20,451 bases of DNA from Bdellovibrionales bacterium (GCA_050246815.1 JBFWVI010000049.1:1-20451), one strand, 5' to 3'; shown: positions 6,727 to 15,068, counted from the first letter of the stretch. Notes: generated by a model from the sequence alone, not told the origin. Translations and numbers: made by a program.

Positions 6727-7083
6727 ATGCTTGGATACGTCGAAGGATTCGTCATACCCATAAAACGCAAGAATATGAGGGAATACAAAAAACTGGCCCT
6801 GTGGGGGCGCCGGGTGTGGATGAAGCACGGGGCAGTTAGCTATTATGAATGCTTTGTAGACGACTTTACACAGCACGGCCTGGGCTTTAAAAAAATGTGT
6901 AAGCTTAAATCCGGTGAGACCGCAATTTTTGCCTTTATCATCTATCGATCGAAAGCTCATCGCAACCAGGTCTATAAAGGTGTGAAGAAGGAAATGGACA
7001 AGTTCAAAAATCCTCCGAAAATGCCTTTTGACATGAAAAGGTTTTCTATGGCGGGTTGCAAGGTGCTTGTTAGGTCTAAATAG
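6727..7083 (+). CDS. DUF1428 family protein (YbaA-like)
   Basis: YVEGFVIPI...W..HGA..Y.EC..DD...MPFDMKR signature; AAGGAG SD. Confidence 0.92.
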   Translation: MLGYVEGFVIPIKRKNMREYKKLALWGRRVWMKHGAVSYYECFVDDFTQHGLGFKKMCKLKSGETAIFAFIIYRSKAHRNQVYKGVKKEMDKFKNPPKMPFDMKRFSMAGCKVLVRSK

Positions 7084-7159
7084 CAGGCCGCACGAGAGGA
7101 GGCAGCCCCAGGCTTTTTTAACGATCACCGTGTTGACGGGCAGACCAGCCGACAGGTAA

Positions 7160-7342
7160 GCCATAAACCAATGGAAATTCCGATTAAGGCTGGGGAACGA
7201 CGTGGTCGCCGATTCAGTCAACCCGTGGGACCTTACCCGAAAAGAATGGAGCCTAGTTGCAACTTCAAATCAAATCGACACGGCTGGAAAAGCAGTTCCT
7301 GAAAGCCTTGACGAGTTGATTGAAAAATTAAAGATCAAATAA
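7160..7342 (+). pseudogene. Possible 3' remnant of a lost gene
   Basis: 60 open codons with no ATG (AINQWKFRLRLGNDVV...PESLDELIEKLKIK), ending in TAATG overlap with the next gene's start. Preceded by an in-frame TAA at 7157. Confidence 0.35.
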
Positions 7343-7962
7343 TGAATTTTCAAAACCTCTACAGGCAAATGTTCCATGCCAAACAAAATGGCCAAATGCA
7401 GCTGGCCGACGAGCTCATGCTTCAAATGGAAGAGCTAAGGAAGAAAAATTTCTCGAGCCCGAACCTGAGCCAGATCGAAGAGATTTTGCCACGCCTTCCT
7501 TCGTTCGCGGCAAGAACTTTGGGTCAATCGCAGGCCGACTGGGGAGGCCTTGAAAGAGCCAATTGTATCAATGCGGCCTTTAATTTTCACAACGAAGCTC
7601 CAAGAAGCGCCCCGTATTCAACGATGGAATTTTTGGATCGAATTCAGGCGGAGTTTCGTCAGATACAAAGCGATGCCATGTTTCAATTTGGCGATTTAGT
7701 CGTCATCTGGTCAAGAGTGGGCGGGGCCTGGGATGACAAAACAATTGATGTCCACCAAATCAATAAAAACGATCCCGATTTTCCATATGGATTGGTGTTT
7801 GATCATGTCATGGTTCGGTTGACTGAAGATCTTGTGTTTCACAAGCCGGATCCCGTCCTTGAAAGCAGATATCAAATTGATTTTTTGAACTCCGTGGTGA
7901 TACTCAATGTGGGCAATCGGGGCTTTGAACTTACGTTTCATCGCCGAAGCCTGTCGATTTGA
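7342..7962 (+). CDS. Hypothetical protein with possible papain-like/NlpC-P60-type Cys-His dyad
   Basis: ANCINAAF ... FGDLVVIW ... FDHVMVRL...LVFHK follows the NC / GD / H motif order of this superfamily. Confidence 0.6.
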   Translation: MNFQNLYRQMFHAKQNGQMQLADELMLQMEELRKKNFSSPNLSQIEEILPRLPSFAARTLGQSQADWGGLERANCINAAFNFHNEAPRSAPYSTMEFLDRIQAEFRQIQSDAMFQFGDLVVIWSRVGGAWDDKTIDVHQINKNDPDFPYGLVFDHVMVRLTEDLVFHKPDPVLESRYQIDFLNSVVILNVGNRGFELTFHRRSLSI

Positions 7963-7983
7963 CTTAACGGCGCACTCGTCAGA

Positions 7984-8328
7984 TCAATCTTCAACGAACG
8001 CCTTTAAGTTTTGCAGAGCTTGATCCCATTGTGCGGCGATGACTTCTAAATACTGCTGCAGGGATTCAAGCGGCTTTGGGTCAAGCTCGTACAGGCTTTC
8101 GCGGCCATCTTTGACTTTGCAAACCAGTCCCACATTCTGAAGCACGGTCAGATGTTTGGTGATAGCCTGCCGCGTGATTTTGCTGCCCGCAGTCAGGGTC
8201 GAAATCGAATGGGGTTTTCGATCAATCAGTTTTGCGACCAATGACAATCGCGTCGGATCGCCAAGGGCCGCAAAAACCTGGGCCTGCTTTTCAGTTTTTA
8301 GTGCGGCCGAACTAGTTCTTCTCAACAA
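7984..8328 (-). CDS. ArsR/SmtB family transcriptional regulator (SRPBCC-associated type)
   Basis: VFAALGDPTRL...ITRQAITKHLTVL..VGLV...KDGRE..Y.L, with C-terminal WDQAL..LK.FVE. Confidence 0.95.
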   Translation of the reverse strand: MLRRTSSAALKTEKQAQVFAALGDPTRLSLVAKLIDRKPHSISTLTAGSKITRQAITKHLTVLQNVGLVCKVKDGRESLYELDPKPLESLQQYLEVIAAQWDQALQNLKAFVED

Positions 8329-8770
8329 GGAACCTCTCGATATTCTGCAGCTGGGCTTCCCAACCCCCGGAATGCATTCTAAATGCCTCAGCGCGACGGC
8401 TGGCGGTGACTTTGTTGAATCCCGACTCTTTGACCTTCAACAGTGTCCCTTTTGCGGTTTCCTGCAGAAAGAATTCAACCAGGGTGGGTTCTTCTTTGCT
8501 ATAGTCGAAGTTTCTATCCATCGGGAAGGGGGTCCATGCGTACGAAAAGTAAGACTGAGGCGTGATTTTTTTTATATGAAACGCCATGTCCATTTCAAAG
8601 CCCTTGCTGGTATTTTTCGCCTTGGTTGTTTGGCCCGCGATAAATTCGGATTGAAAATTCGCGTTGAACCATTGGCCAAATAATTTGGAATCAGTAAGGG
8701 CCTTCCAAACCTTGTCGAGGGGGGCCTTGATTTCAATCTGTCGTTCGATAGTATTCTCGGGTTTTTCCAT
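8312..8770 (-). CDS. SRPBCC/AHSA1 (START-like) domain protein
   Basis: IERQIEIKAPLDKVWKALTD...FGQWF...TLVEF.L...GTLLKVKESGF...GGW. GGAGG SD before ATG 8770. Confidence 0.95.
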   Translation of the reverse strand: MEKPENTIERQIEIKAPLDKVWKALTDSKLFGQWFNANFQSEFIAGQTTKAKNTSKGFEMDMAFHIKKITPQSYFSYAWTPFPMDRNFDYSKEEPTLVEFFLQETAKGTLLKVKESGFNKVTASRRAEAFRMHSGGWEAQLQNIERFLVEKN

Positions 8771-8833
8771 GTGCAACCTCCAAGTTGCATATTACGGGAA
8801 TCGCATTAAAGTGCAACCATTTTATTGCATATT
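8771..8833. promoter_or_regulatory. Tandem palindromic operator sites TGCAAC-N6-(G/A)TTGCA
   Basis: GTGCAACCtccaagTTGCATATT (8771-8793) and GTGCAACCattttaTTGCATATT (8811-8833), exactly 40 bp apart. The first covers the SD. Confidence 0.8.
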
Positions 8834-8900
8834 GTCCTGAAATGGGACTAAATAGGCTTTAAAAGCTTCCTTTGTACTTTTTTAACAAAATCCGATCGGG

Positions 8901-9431
8901 GTGACTTACTTTCTAATGAAATATATTAAAAAGCTCGCCTCAGGCGCGAATCTTTTCTTCTTATTGCTTTTCATTTTTCTGGTCTTTATCAAGTATCCGG
9001 AATTTAAAAAAAATTCCGATCAGCAGGGCTCAAGAATTCAAGAGCGATATGAGTTTGTGGATCTTATTACAAACGAAAAATTTGCTTTCCCCAGTTTTCG
9101 GCGGCAAGTCGTCGTCTTTTGGGCAACGTGGTGCGCCCCATGTAAAGTTGAATTGGCTAGAATTAACAATCTGATTGAGATAAAAAAACTGAGACCAGAC
9201 CAGGTTGTTGCGGTTTCTCTTGATCAAAATAGAAGCGATATCGAGGCGACTTTGAAAAGCGCCACATATCGATTTTTAGTTGGCCACGATCTAAATGGGA
9301 AAGTCGGTCAAGCCTTTGAAGTTGTCAGCACCCCAACAATTCTTTTTGTGGATGAAAACAACGTCGTTTATTGGCGGACTTCAGGGATAAGCCCCAGCTT
9401 AGAAGCTAGAATTCTTAGCTTTTTCAATTAA
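8901..9431 (+). CDS. TlpA/ResA-family thiol-disulfide oxidoreductase, membrane anchored
   Basis: FWATWCAPC active site, N-terminal TM helix, cis-Pro motif STPT. The start may be ATG 8916. Confidence 0.93.
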   Translation: MTYFLMKYIKKLASGANLFFLLLFIFLVFIKYPEFKKNSDQQGSRIQERYEFVDLITNEKFAFPSFRRQVVVFWATWCAPCKVELARINNLIEIKKLRPDQVVAVSLDQNRSDIEATLKSATYRFLVGHDLNGKVGQAFEVVSTPTILFVDENNVVYWRTSGISPSLEARILSFFN

Positions 9432-9451
9432 AAAGACGAATCGAGAACGGG

Positions 9452-9661
9452 TCAATTCAGCTTAAGGGGAACTGCCTTTTCAGAAGAATCATCTTGTGTC
9501 TTGGGCGGCAGGCGATGCCCGTGCGATTTTGTGATCATAATCGTCATCCTTAAGTTGATGATCATAAACCGAATCAACTGCCACGGTAAAAATGATCGAA
9601 GAAATAAAGTTACCTTTGTGGGGCGCGGTGCCAGATGATTTTTTGCTTCCACAATATTCAT
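9452..9661 (-). CDS. Small SQR-associated protein (69 aa)
   Basis: GAAAGGA SD, ATG 9661, 16 nt after the sqr stop. Amphipathic basic helix LRSFLPWQLIRFMIINLRMTIMITKSH. Confidence 0.75.
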   Translation of the reverse strand: MNIVEAKNHLAPRPTKVTLFLRSFLPWQLIRFMIINLRMTIMITKSHGHRLPPKTQDDSSEKAVPLKLN

Positions 9662-9677
9662 ATAATCCTTTCGGCTA

Positions 9678-11129
9678 CTATTCTGGAATAATCCACCAGA
9701 AGGGCAATGCTTTCGCCTTGTAGATAAAGGCATAGTGAAGAATTTTTTTTATCCAGTGTCCGGCGGCACCGATTTCACCGGTGGTATGAACCAGGCTACG
9801 CCCGACGCCAGGATATTTTTTGAGGTCAGGCACAATTGGATACATGGTCATCGAAGCGGCGCCACCGCGAAAGGCATTCGCGCCCGCTGAGGCGACACAG
9901 GCGGCACCCAACTCACTCATAGAGGCGGCATATGTCGGCGCTTTTGAGATACCATTAATCATATCGACAATTGAATTGGCTACAATGCGTCCCATGACAG
10001 CCGAGGGCATGCCCGTGCGTGGCGGAGCCGGAGCAATAGGCGTTCCATTTTTGCTTACCCGCGGTTTTGAAATCTGGTGGGGGGGCGCAAATGCGATGCC
10101 GATGGCAAAAACATTCTTATAAGAAGTTTGATATGTTTTTGGCCAATCTTCCGGAGACCATTTTTCATAGGGCTTACCCGAGTAGTCGGCATCGACCTTC
10201 ATAAAGCCGGAAGGGTTAAAAAGGCGAGCCGAGATATCTTCGCCGTTTTGGGCATAGGCCTTTAGCGGCACGCCAGTAAAGGGAGGCAGCAACATTGCAA
10301 AGTCAAACTGCAGTTCGCCGCGCTCGCCGTCTAAGGTTTCATATTCCAGTCGGCCCTGTTCAACTTTATGAATATGGGCCCCTGTTACCCAATCAATGTC
10401 CCTTTCGACATACAATGATTCGGCGAACACTTTACTTGGAGTGACAAATCCGCCCACCTTCATCTGTAGTCCGCCGACACCAAAATCGCCAAGTTCGGCT
10501 TCGTTGGTGATAAAAATCAAGCGGGCCTTGTCGCGCACGCCCTGTTGGCGCAGTTCAAACTCAAGATTGAAAATGTATTCGAAGGCCGCACCTTCACATG
10601 TGCACAGGCCATGGCCTGTGCCGACCACAAATGTTTTGGTGGCGCCCTCTTTCATTTGTGCGATTACTTTTTTGAGTTCGGATGCAGTTGAAGTGGCATG
10701 GTCCACTGTGCAGACGGAGTGTGTGAAGCCTTCGGGGCCAAGGCCGGGTGTCGCAGCAAAATTAAGCCGGGGACCGGTTGCATTGACAAGAAAGTCATAT
10801 TCTATGCGAAGTGTGCTTTTGTCAGCACTTTCGCCGGTTGAATCGGCCAAAACAAACGGCGCTGATGAGGTCGCATCCCCTTCGGGGTGAATCTGAGTTG
10901 CTTTAGCCTGATGAAAGGTGATGCCGGCGCGTTTGTAGACCTTTTGTAAATCGAAGGTCACTTCGTCGGCGGTCATGTCGCCAACGCCGACCCAAATGTT
11001 CGATGGTATCCAGTTCCACTTTTGATTTGGGCTTACGACAACAACTTCATGCTGGCGCCCCAATTTGCGGCGCAACAGCAGCGCCGCGGTATGCCCAGAT
11101 ATTCCGGCCCCAAGCACCACAACTCTCAT
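9678..11129 (-). CDS. sqr: Sulfide:quinone oxidoreductase (FAD-dependent)
   Basis: GAGISG FAD motif, WIPSNIWVGVG, YDFLVNATG, SVCT, CTCEGAAFEY, PPRTGMPS and AACVAS. All three SQR-type cysteine positions are present. Confidence 0.9.
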   Translation of the reverse strand: MRVVVLGAGISGHTAALLLRRKLGRQHEVVVVSPNQKWNWIPSNIWVGVGDMTADEVTFDLQKVYKRAGITFHQAKATQIHPEGDATSSAPFVLADSTGESADKSTLRIEYDFLVNATGPRLNFAATPGLGPEGFTHSVCTVDHATSTASELKKVIAQMKEGATKTFVVGTGHGLCTCEGAAFEYIFNLEFELRQQGVRDKARLIFITNEAELGDFGVGGLQMKVGGFVTPSKVFAESLYVERDIDWVTGAHIHKVEQGRLEYETLDGERGELQFDFAMLLPPFTGVPLKAYAQNGEDISARLFNPSGFMKVDADYSGKPYEKWSPEDWPKTYQTSYKNVFAIGIAFAPPHQISKPRVSKNGTPIAPAPPRTGMPSAVMGRIVANSIVDMINGISKAPTYAASMSELGAACVASAGANAFRGGAASMTMYPIVPDLKKYPGVGRSLVHTTGEIGAAGHWIKKILHYAFIYKAKALPFWWIIPE

Positions 11130-11145
11130 AGAAGCCCCCTCACTT

Positions 11146-12219
11146 TTACTCGTTAATTAAGGTGGTTCCTGCCGTTTCTGGCAGGCGAGGCATTGTTTGT
11201 TTCGGAAACTCACCATTTAATGTTTTTAGAAAGGCAACGACTTTGTCGATGTCGGGCTGTGAAAGATCTTTTGCCAGCTGCAGCTTTGCCATTATTCGAA
11301 CGGCTTCACTTAAGTCACTTACTTTTCCATTATGAAAGTAGGGGGCTGTTAAAGCTATGTTTCGTAGAGTGGGAACAGCATACATATTTCTGTCGGCCGC
11401 ATTTTTTGTCACATCGGCGCGGCCAAGATCTTTTTGAAAGCCGTATTTTTTTTCGATATCAGTATCCGGAGTGACCGGAAACTTTTGATAAAACCCGGTG
11501 CCGACGGGGAGGGCTGGACCAGCAAAGTTGATCCCGTTGTGGCAGGCCACGCATCCGGTTGTTTTGAAGGTTTCAAAACCTGCGAGTTCCTGAGCGGTAA
11601 TCGCCGTTTTTTTGCCTTTGAGATATTGGTCAAAGCGACTGTTGGGGGTAATTAATGTTCGCTCATACGCGGCTATTGCCTTTACCGCATTGTCGATATG
11701 AATTGCATCATTGCCGCCGAATACCTTTTTGAATGCGGCAATGTAGCCAGGAATATTTCGAATTCGTTCGATCGCCACCGCATGATTGTCCATGCCCATT
11801 TCAACGGGGTTAACAATTGGCCCTTTTGCCTGCTCTTCAAGCGTGGCCGCACGACCATCCCAAAATTGGACAGATTTAAATGCCGCATTCCAAACGGTCG
11901 GCGAGTTGCGGCCACCAAGTTGACCTTTAATGCCGACAGAAAGTGAGCGATTGTCGTCACCGCCCGCCATCACGTTGTGACAGGAGTTACATGAAATTGC
12001 TCCTGACTTCGAAAGACGTGGATCGAAGTAAAGTTGCTTGCCCAGTTCAATTTTATCCGAGGTCATCGGGTTGTCGGCGGGGGTGGGCGCCTTCAGCGGC
12101 AATGCTTGTTGAGCAAAACTGCGATAAGCGGGCAGAAGCACAAACAAAGCAATCACTAAAAAAACGTGCCCTTTTATTTTAATTCTATTTTTACGCGTTA
12201 TAACTAATGTTAGTTTCAT
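11146..12219 (-). CDS. Di-heme cytochrome c peroxidase (CcpA/MauG family)
   Basis: Signal peptide, LGKQLYFDPRLS, CNSCH, RNSPTVWNA, QFWDGRA, NPVEM, CVACH and VPTLRNIALTAPYFHNG. Confidence 0.96.
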   Translation of the reverse strand: MKLTLVITRKNRIKIKGHVFLVIALFVLLPAYRSFAQQALPLKAPTPADNPMTSDKIELGKQLYFDPRLSKSGAISCNSCHNVMAGGDDNRSLSVGIKGQLGGRNSPTVWNAAFKSVQFWDGRAATLEEQAKGPIVNPVEMGMDNHAVAIERIRNIPGYIAAFKKVFGGNDAIHIDNAVKAIAAYERTLITPNSRFDQYLKGKKTAITAQELAGFETFKTTGCVACHNGINFAGPALPVGTGFYQKFPVTPDTDIEKKYGFQKDLGRADVTKNAADRNMYAVPTLRNIALTAPYFHNGKVSDLSEAVRIMAKLQLAKDLSQPDIDKVVAFLKTLNGEFPKQTMPRLPETAGTTLINE

Positions 12220-12527
12220 CTGCAGTACTCCGATTGAATGGTTTGCATCATATTCACAAGTCGTTTGTCAGCCAAAGAATACACGCTGTATTTTCCGCTT
12301 CTTTCAGACTTAATTAGCCCTTCGACTTTCATGCGGGTTAAAAACTGTGACATTTGACTTTGCGAGATGTCGCACAAATTCAACAAATCGCCAACCGTTT
12401 TGGGCCCGCGCAAAAGATGCCCTAAGATCAGCAGTCTTTGAGGGTGAGAAAGTGCCTTTAATATTTGACAGACGGCCTCACACGACCTTTTGATTTTGAC
12501 GACGGAAACCTGTGCAGCCTGGGCCAA
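12216..12527 (-). CDS. ArsR family repressor, BigR/SqrR/HlyU-like
   Basis: LKALSHPQRLLIL...SQSQMSQFL..M..EGL, with C-terminal YC. The AGGAGG SD at 12539-12534 is spaced for TTG 12527 rather than GTG 12533. ATGA overlap with the peroxidase gene. Confidence 0.92.
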   Translation of the reverse strand: MAQAAQVSVVKIKRSCEAVCQILKALSHPQRLLILGHLLRGPKTVGDLLNLCDISQSQMSQFLTRMKVEGLIKSERSGKYSVYSLADKRLVNMMQTIQSEYCR

Positions 12528-12558
12528 CGGCACCCTCCTTGAGCTAGCAGTTCGACTC

Positions 12559-12586
12559 TAACATATTATTTTATAATAATATGTTA
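12559..12586. promoter_or_regulatory. Perfect 12-4-12 inverted repeat, probable ArsR operator
   Basis: TAACATATTATT-TTAT-AATAATATGTTA, between the divergent arsR and DUF3365 genes. It contains -10-like hexamers. Confidence 0.8.
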
Positions 12587-12757
12587 ATATTTTAAGATAT
12601 GTTTTAAACAACGAATGTGCCGTTGAGCTTAAAATGGGGGCATTCGATTATGAAAAATTTGACACGCAACTCTGACGCCCCGCGCGCATTGATGATTTCT
12701 ATGGCGAGATTGTATTACTTTATAGTCGTAATCGACCCGCGAAAGGATGTGTACGAT

Positions 12758-13318
12758 ATGAAGGCACAAATAAAAAACAGAAATAAATGGCTGCTTCTTG
12801 GATCCTTGTTCGCCATATCAAGTTCAATAAATGCATCCGAGCCGGACAAAACAATAATTTTTGAAAAATTGAAGTCGTTGACGCTAATGCGTGAGGGGTT
12901 GGCCTCTACTATTGACGGTCGGGCGGCCATAACGGAAGAGACTTTTAAGACCGTCTGTAAGCCTGTCGGCGCCGAATTAAAAAAATGGTCGGATGAAAAT
13001 GGTTATATTTCAAATCAGATCTCGCACAAAAATCGCAACGAAAAGCACAGCGTTCCTGGAAATCTTCAGGCGGTATACAACGAGTTCTTAAGCGATCGAA
13101 AGCTTGAGACGAAAACTGTTCTCACGACTTTGAACAATATTGAAGGTGAAATGCATATCGCAAGAATTCCAGTGGCAAGCTCGTGTTTGGGTTGTCATGG
13201 ACAGAAGGCCTCTCGCCCTGAATTTATTAAAACAAAGTATAAGAATGACAAGGCGTATGATTTTAAAGTTGGGGACCTAAGGGGCGTGTACGCGGTCTTC
13301 GTCCCCCAAAAAAAATAA
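12758..13318 (+). CDS. DUF3365 / Tll0287-like c-type heme protein, exported (186 aa)
   Basis: GAAAGGA SD before ATG 12758, signal peptide, FKTVCKPVG, S.KNRN, CLGCHG and AYDFKVGDLRGVYAV. Confidence 0.88.
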   Translation: MKAQIKNRNKWLLLGSLFAISSSINASEPDKTIIFEKLKSLTLMREGLASTIDGRAAITEETFKTVCKPVGAELKKWSDENGYISNQISHKNRNEKHSVPGNLQAVYNEFLSDRKLETKTVLTTLNNIEGEMHIARIPVASSCLGCHGQKASRPEFIKTKYKNDKAYDFKVGDLRGVYAVFVPQKK

Positions 13319-13338
13319 ATGTGACGGAGCCATTGTCT

Positions 13339-13830
13339 TTAGCCCTGATAAGCCTGCTTCAGCGTCGCAATATCGAATTTCTTCATCTTAAACATCGCGT
13401 TCATGGCACGACTAGCGCCGTCCTTATTCTTACCATTCATTATCTCTTGGAACAATGTTGGCACCACTTGCCACGACAGACCGAACTTATCTTTCAGCCA
13501 GCCGCACTGAACCTCTTGGCCGCCTTGGCCGGTGAGCTTTTCCCAATAGTAGTCGATTTCTTTTTGGGTGTCGCAGGTGATCACCAGTGATATCGATTCG
13601 TTGAAGTGAAATAGGGGGCCGCCATTCAACGCCAGAAAACGTTGTCCATTGACTTCAAAGTCAACTGTCATGACCGAGCCCTCGGGCCGCTGGTGAAATT
13701 CAAAGCCCTCTTTGCCGTAGGGCTGAACCTTGCCAAGCTTTCCGTCTTTGAAAATTGAGGTGTAGAACTTAGCGGCCTCTTCGGCCTGGTCGTCAAACCA
13801 AAGGCAAATGGTGAATGGACGTGTGTTCAC
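13339..13830 (-). CDS. VOC/PhnB-like (3-demethylubiquinone-9 methyltransferase-like) protein
   Basis: CLWFDDQAEEAAKFY, LNGGP.F.FNESIS, QCGWLKDKFGLSWQVVP. GGGAGG SD with GTG start. Confidence 0.95.
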   Translation of the reverse strand: MNTRPFTICLWFDDQAEEAAKFYTSIFKDGKLGKVQPYGKEGFEFHQRPEGSVMTVDFEVNGQRFLALNGGPLFHFNESISLVITCDTQKEIDYYWEKLTGQGGQEVQCGWLKDKFGLSWQVVPTLFQEIMNGKNKDGASRAMNAMFKMKKFDIATLKQAYQG

Positions 13831-13936
13831 GCGGGCCTCCCGTTATTTTAAGTCCGTTTCATAATTAAAAAGAGTACCGACAAGGTCAATTCTGATTTAC
13901 AAGAAACCATGTGAAACCCTCTTAAGGAGAAAGCCG

Positions 13937-14308
13937 TTGATCTCATACGCAGTTTACAAGGTTGTTCATTTGCTTGGCATCCTAATGGTGTTTCTTGCTT
14001 TGGGTGGGGTTACGATGCACGCTATCAGCGGCGGCGGCAAAGATCATTCTTGGTGGAGGCCTGCCGCCATCACTCACGGCATTGGAATGGTTTTGGCTCT
14101 AGTGGGTGGATTTGGACTGCTGGCGCGACTTGGTGTTGTGCACGGCACATTACCCGTCTGGGTGATCGCCAAGCTTGGGATTTGGTTGATCTTTGGCGCT
14201 CTGCTTGGTGTGGTTATCCGAAAGAAGACATTGGCAAAGCCGATCTGGTTCGCCACGCTTTTTTTGGGCGTGGTGGCCGCCTATCTTGCTGGCAGTAAGC
14301 CATTTTGA
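13937..14308 (+). CDS. Small 4-TM membrane protein with two His in TM helices (SirB2-like)
   Basis: AAGGAG SD and TTG start. YKVVHLLG, HGIGMVLALVGGFGLL, WVIAKL and C-terminal KPF. Confidence 0.8.
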   Translation: MISYAVYKVVHLLGILMVFLALGGVTMHAISGGGKDHSWWRPAAITHGIGMVLALVGGFGLLARLGVVHGTLPVWVIAKLGIWLIFGALLGVVIRKKTLAKPIWFATLFLGVVAAYLAGSKPF

Positions 14309-14332
14309 AATGGGAAATTTGATGCGGGCGGC

Positions 14333-14349
14333 GCGCCCAATTAGGGCGC
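14333..14349. terminator. Hairpin between convergent genes
   Basis: GCGCCC-AATTA-GGGCGC; no clear U-tract. Confidence 0.4.
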
Positions 14350-14676
14350 CTAACTTATTTTTCCGATTGCGCAACTTAAGTAACTTTTGGCTTTCAATGC
14401 GACGGCCTCTAAACCCTCTTCCGTATCAATTAGGGGATACCCCAGCCCTTTCAGTTTTGTGATGGCATCACTCAACAGCAAAGAATTTTCGGGGCTATTT
14501 ATTTCAACTGAGCTTGATTGTGGGTCAACGAAGACCTCTGTGAGCCCCAAGTCACTCAAAGCTTTGGTGATCGTCTTGGCGCAGCCGCCGCACTTAATGT
14601 TATCCAGGATCAATTTGACTCGGGAACCACTTCTTTGGATTCCTCGAATTTGATCTTTAGAATCTTCCGCTTTCAT
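14350..14676 (-). CDS. Heavy-metal-associated (HMA) domain protein
   Basis: NIKCGGCAKTI metal-binding loop, LGYP, and a C-terminal KAKSYLSCAIGKI with a third Cys. Confidence 0.9.
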   Translation of the reverse strand: MKAEDSKDQIRGIQRSGSRVKLILDNIKCGGCAKTITKALSDLGLTEVFVDPQSSSVEINSPENSLLLSDAITKLKGLGYPLIDTEEGLEAVALKAKSYLSCAIGKIS

Positions 14677-14678
14677 TT

Positions 14679-14951
14679 CTATTTCTCGGTGGTGGGGCTA
14701 TTTGCCTTACGGTTTCGCATCGGGCCTTTTCCCATTTTTCCCATCATGGGGCAGCCTTCCGCATTTTTCATATTCTGGCACTGCTCTCGCATCTGTTGAT
14801 GGCAGTCTTGCACAGGCGCTTCTGAGCGAAGGCACTTCGCCATCTGCTCGTGTGCAGAGGCCATTTGTTCCCGCGACTCGGCAGAGGGGGCGGTGGCTGA
14901 AGCGGCAATGCCAAAGCTCAAGACCATAGCGGTGATAAGGCATTTTTTCAC
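14679..14951 (-). CDS. Small secreted Met/Cys/His-rich helical protein (90 aa)
   Basis: AAGGGAG SD, GTG at 14951, signal peptide, then REQMASAHEQMAKCLRS...CHQQM...C...GCPMMGKM. Confidence 0.8.
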   Translation of the reverse strand: MKKCLITAMVLSFGIAASATAPSAESREQMASAHEQMAKCLRSEAPVQDCHQQMREQCQNMKNAEGCPMMGKMGKGPMRNRKANSPTTEK

Positions 14952-15068
14952 TCTATTCTCCCTTTTTGAGACGACAATGTGGCCCGCTTCCGAGTCAGAT
15001 TGTCCCAACTGTCGCGTTAACGACCCGAAAACGTCACGTTGTGATGTAAAAGCAATTTAAGTGCCAGG

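Noticed and set aside
6694..7221. 175-aa minus-strand ORF
   Set aside because: Antisense shadow of the DUF1428 gene.
5372..7983. Integron cassette array (small co-oriented genes with hairpins)
   Set aside because: No RYYYAAC...GTTRRRY attC boundaries and no integrase were seen.
8156..8683. 175-aa plus-strand ORF containing CPFC
   Set aside because: Antisense to the SRPBCC and ArsR genes; the CxxC is incidental.
8771..8833. Two 23-bp repeats as a mini-CRISPR
   Set aside because: Only two copies, a 17-nt gap and no cas genes; position and dyad symmetry fit an operator.
9820..12182. Several ORFs overlapping sqr and ccp
   Set aside because: Shadow frames of well-supported genes.
12617..12757. 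47-aa N-terminal extension of the DUF3365 ORF
   Set aside because: The SD and signal peptide fit ATG 12758; the extension covers promoter DNA.
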